Source of the DNA: a virus
Lineage: Duplodnaviria > Caudoviricetes
Strand: one strand, 5' to 3'
Virus record (IMG/VR): IMGVR_UViG_3300010223_000005
Coordinates: 1 to 44,004 of that record
Length of the DNA: 44,004 nt
Of this stretch, positions 41,613-44,004 are shown piece by piece. Both the position numbers and the translations under genes were made by a program. The notes below the pieces were generated by a model, which searched no databases, was not told where the DNA came from, and worked only from the letters and a program-made list of their open reading frames with translations. The first letter of the stretch is position 1, and every line of letters begins with the position of its first letter.

Positions 41613-43132
41613 GATAATGTTGGCTCGTCTTCTTCATCTTTTTTAATTGGTTCTGTTGAGTGGTCGGGTATTGATAAATATCTTGTGGCATACCACAAAC
41701 CATCCAATAAATTTTTCCTACCACGAGGGAAATTCAATAACTCGGCTAAGAGTGTGTGCATATTTTCTTGTAGGTAGAGTTTCTTATTAACCGTGAATCT
41801 TTCCAAATCTTTTAATCTTGTGTCCTTGTCTCGTCTCGGTGTCCACTTCTTTTCGAGACCGTATTGATATTTATTTTTCTCTCTAAGATAGTCATTGATT
41901 ATATTCCTAAGGGATTCTTGATAGGAAACTGTTTCCACGTTTACACGTTTAATCGGGTATTCAATGATTTTATTGATTATATCTTCAGCGTGGACGCTGG
42001 GTCTAACTTGTTTTTCAAAATAAGGCAGCACATAAATACATTGATCTTCGTCATAAGCTATCATCACGGTAGTCGAGTAGTCCGATTTGCTTGATTCGCT
42101 TGAAGCGGGGTCAACGCCCATATAAAGATTAACTGGTTTGAGGATAGGTTCTTCTAATTCTTTTTTATTTAGAGAAGTTATATTTAGAATTGCTTCGCCA
42201 TCAACTATATTGATGAATCCTTTATAATATTGAATATCTGCCTCTCTGAAAACAGCGTCCTCATCTCCGGTTATAACGAGCATTTTTTCAGAATAGAATA
42301 CTGAGACCTTCCCTAAAGACATCATCTCCTTTTTTTCTTGCATTAAATCTTCGTAGGTTTCGTATTCGCTCCATAGGACTTCTTTAGTAATTTCATCACA
42401 AGCTGGAAATTTAGCTGTCACCCAACCCTCAGCGTTCATAAGGCGTTCAACCATACACATTTGATGGATAGGTGTGCCTATGATTATGATTTGGGATTCA
42501 TTTTTAGACAAAGCCGGAAGACTTGTTAAAAGTCTGTGGAAGTTATCGTCCATAGAATCTTGGGTTTTGGTATTATTTTCATCTTCGGGGTCATCTAAGA
42601 CCCAAAGAGTAACACGGGTATCGTCCTCTTTCAGCCCTCTTGTCTGTTGACCAGTGCCTATAGCCTCGATTGTATGACCATCCGGGGTCAAGACTTTATC
42701 TTCACGCCAAATAGGGCAAGTGGATTCGCTATAATGTTTATCGAAAACAGCTCTGAAAACCCTTGAATGGAATATATTCTTAATTTTCCTAAGTCTTTTG
42801 ACTGCTTCTTTACGTGTTTTGGATTGAATGATTATGTATGTTTTATCGCCATAGAACAATAAATGGTGGAGGACTGCGTAAGCGGCGATTAAAGTGCTTT
42901 TAGCGTAGCCTCTTGGTGCTTCGATACAGATTTTCTTATTAGTAAAATCCCCATAAATTATGTCGTAGGAGTCAGTCCCTTTGTTATAAATCCATTTAGC
43001 GTTACCCAATACTACGTCCTCAACCTCAAAGTGGAACTTAGGGGAGGGGAGGTCAAAGGTATCCGGGGTGACCACGTTACCAAGATAAATAAAGGAATCC
43101 TTAGATTTTTGTATTATTTCTTCTTTAGTCAT
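41594..43132 (-). CDS. terL: Terminase large subunit
   Basis: APRGYAKST Walker A, VLDDPED Walker B, IGTP, GVDPA nuclease motif. Confidence 0.92.
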   Translation of the reverse strand: MTKEEIIQKSKDSFIYLGNVVTPDTFDLPSPKFHFEVEDVVLGNAKWIYNKGTDSYDIIYGDFTNKKICIEAPRGYAKSTLIAAYAVLHHLLFYGDKTYIIIQSKTRKEAVKRLRKIKNIFHSRVFRAVFDKHYSESTCPIWREDKVLTPDGHTIEAIGTGQQTRGLKEDDTRVTLWVLDDPEDENNTKTQDSMDDNFHRLLTSLPALSKNESQIIIIGTPIHQMCMVERLMNAEGWVTAKFPACDEITKEVLWSEYETYEDLMQEKKEMMSLGKVSVFYSEKMLVITGDEDAVFREADIQYYKGFINIVDGEAILNITSLNKKELEEPILKPVNLYMGVDPASSESSKSDYSTTVMIAYDEDQCIYVLPYFEKQVRPSVHAEDIINKIIEYPIKRVNVETVSYQESLRNIINDYLREKNKYQYGLEKKWTPRRDKDTRLKDLERFTVNKKLYLQENMHTLLAELLNFPRGRKNLLDGLWYATRYLSIPDHSTEPIKKDEEDEPTLSWMGMV

Positions 43133-43445
43133 AATAAGCTAAAATTAAAAGCCATCCCAAAATTTCAAAAACAAGCCCCTCTTTCCACCACTTAATCTCA
43201 CCGTGCAAAGGTTTATCTAAAAGGATATGGAATAAATAAGCCGGGTGTAAACACAGCCAATTCAATTTATGGAATCTTTCATAGACCGTCCAATCCCCCT
43301 TAATCTTTAGACCTATGTAACCGATGATGTCGGGTAAAGCACCAAACAAAGCCGCACTAAAGGAAATATACGGCTCTCCACCTAACGCTCTTGAAGCTAA
43401 GTCGCCTATGATGTAACCGTGTGCTGTGTGTTGAATTATGTCCAT
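43125..43445 (-). CDS. YdjM-like membrane metal-dependent hydrolase
   Basis: H...G, GALPD, H, H.LLD motifs with hydrophobic segments. Confidence 0.6.
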   Translation of the reverse strand: MDIIQHTAHGYIIGDLASRALGGEPYISFSAALFGALPDIIGYIGLKIKGDWTVYERFHKLNWLCLHPAYLFHILLDKPLHGEIKWWKEGLVFEILGWLLILAYYD

Positions 43446-43471
43446 AAAAAAAGCGGAGCCAATACCCCGCT
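43446..43471 (-). terminator. Intrinsic terminator-like hairpin
   Basis: GCGGGG-TATTGG-CTCCGC-TTTTTTT. Confidence 0.55.
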
Positions 43472-43519
43472 TCCCTTCAGTTGCGTTTTAGTGAAAAATA
43501 AGAAAATATATCTACTATG

Positions 43520-43705
43520 TCAAGACTTCTTGTTGTTTAGATATATACCCGGATTTCTTCTTGACTCTTTTAGATAGTAAATCTTCGTGTGCTCCTCTCC
43601 GTTTATTTTGTAACGGTAAATTATCTGAATGTGAACACCGTAATTTAGAGTTGTTATTGAAGCCCCACTATAAAGATTTAATTCTTGCATTTTCCCTCCG
43701 GTCAT
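43520..43705 (-). CDS. Hypothetical protein (61 aa)
   Basis: ORF track; GGAGG before MQEL. Confidence 0.55.
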   Translation of the reverse strand: MTGGKMQELNLYSGASITTLNYGVHIQIIYRYKINGEEHTKIYYLKESRRNPGIYLNNKKS

Positions 43706-44004
43706 TTAAGTTTTAAGTATAGTTTGGAATAGTTGTGGATTGTTTTGAGAGTCCCCGCACCATCACCGACCCCCTTCGTTTTCGGGTGGTGGGGGTATTT
43801 TTCGTTAGAAATTTCAATCAAATTAAACTTCCTCGCTTCGCTCTGCCTTGTCTTGCACGTCTGCCCAGACCGGTGGTAATATTTACCGCTGCTTGTAATT
43901 ATTACACGTATAAATTACCACTGCTTATTTTCTACAGTTGCGGGTTGTTCGATTTTGCACCGGAATGAACGTTTTTCGCATTGGCATCACTTTTGCATCG
44001 TTTG

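Noticed and set aside
4408-42094. Numerous + strand ORFs in the ORF track opposite the - strand genes (e.g. 24868-25572, 23155-23625)
   Set aside because: Antisense shadows of well-supported genes, with no RBS or protein-like motifs.
1-44004. Integrase/IntI, lysogeny module or terminal repeats
   Set aside because: No ORF with tyrosine/serine recombinase motifs or suitable size, and the window ends share no visible repeat.

Overview
A near-complete, about 44 kb, AT-rich tailed dsDNA phage genome with podovirus-like organisation: TerL, P22-type portal, scaffold, capsid proteins, adaptor/nozzle, three ejection-type proteins, no tape measure and no integrase. The host is probably in the FCB group (inferred). 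Layout: 1-3.76 kb is a + strand array of tiny early genes with repeated leaders and two covarying tRNA T-arm-like hairpins. 4.1-11.4 kb is a - strand accessory region. 11.4-19.7 kb covers replication, recombination and regulation. 19.7-24.3 kb covers lysis and signal-peptide-bearing genes. 24.3-43.7 kb covers virion and packaging genes. The main result is that the accessory region is an integron-like cassette array. It has 13 complete attC-like sites plus several half-sites, each with R''/L''/L'/R' boxes and the typical extrahelical C and A, but no IntI is in the window. All genes run antisense to the canonical cassette direction. Most start inside the attC loop and translate through the left arm in a conserved frame, and nine use the TAA of the crossover site (G/TTA) as their stop codon. 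Three genes lie entirely within attC loops. Cargo includes two DNA methyltransferase-type genes and a PAPS-reductase-like gene. All calls come from reading the sequence by eye; no database searches were run.
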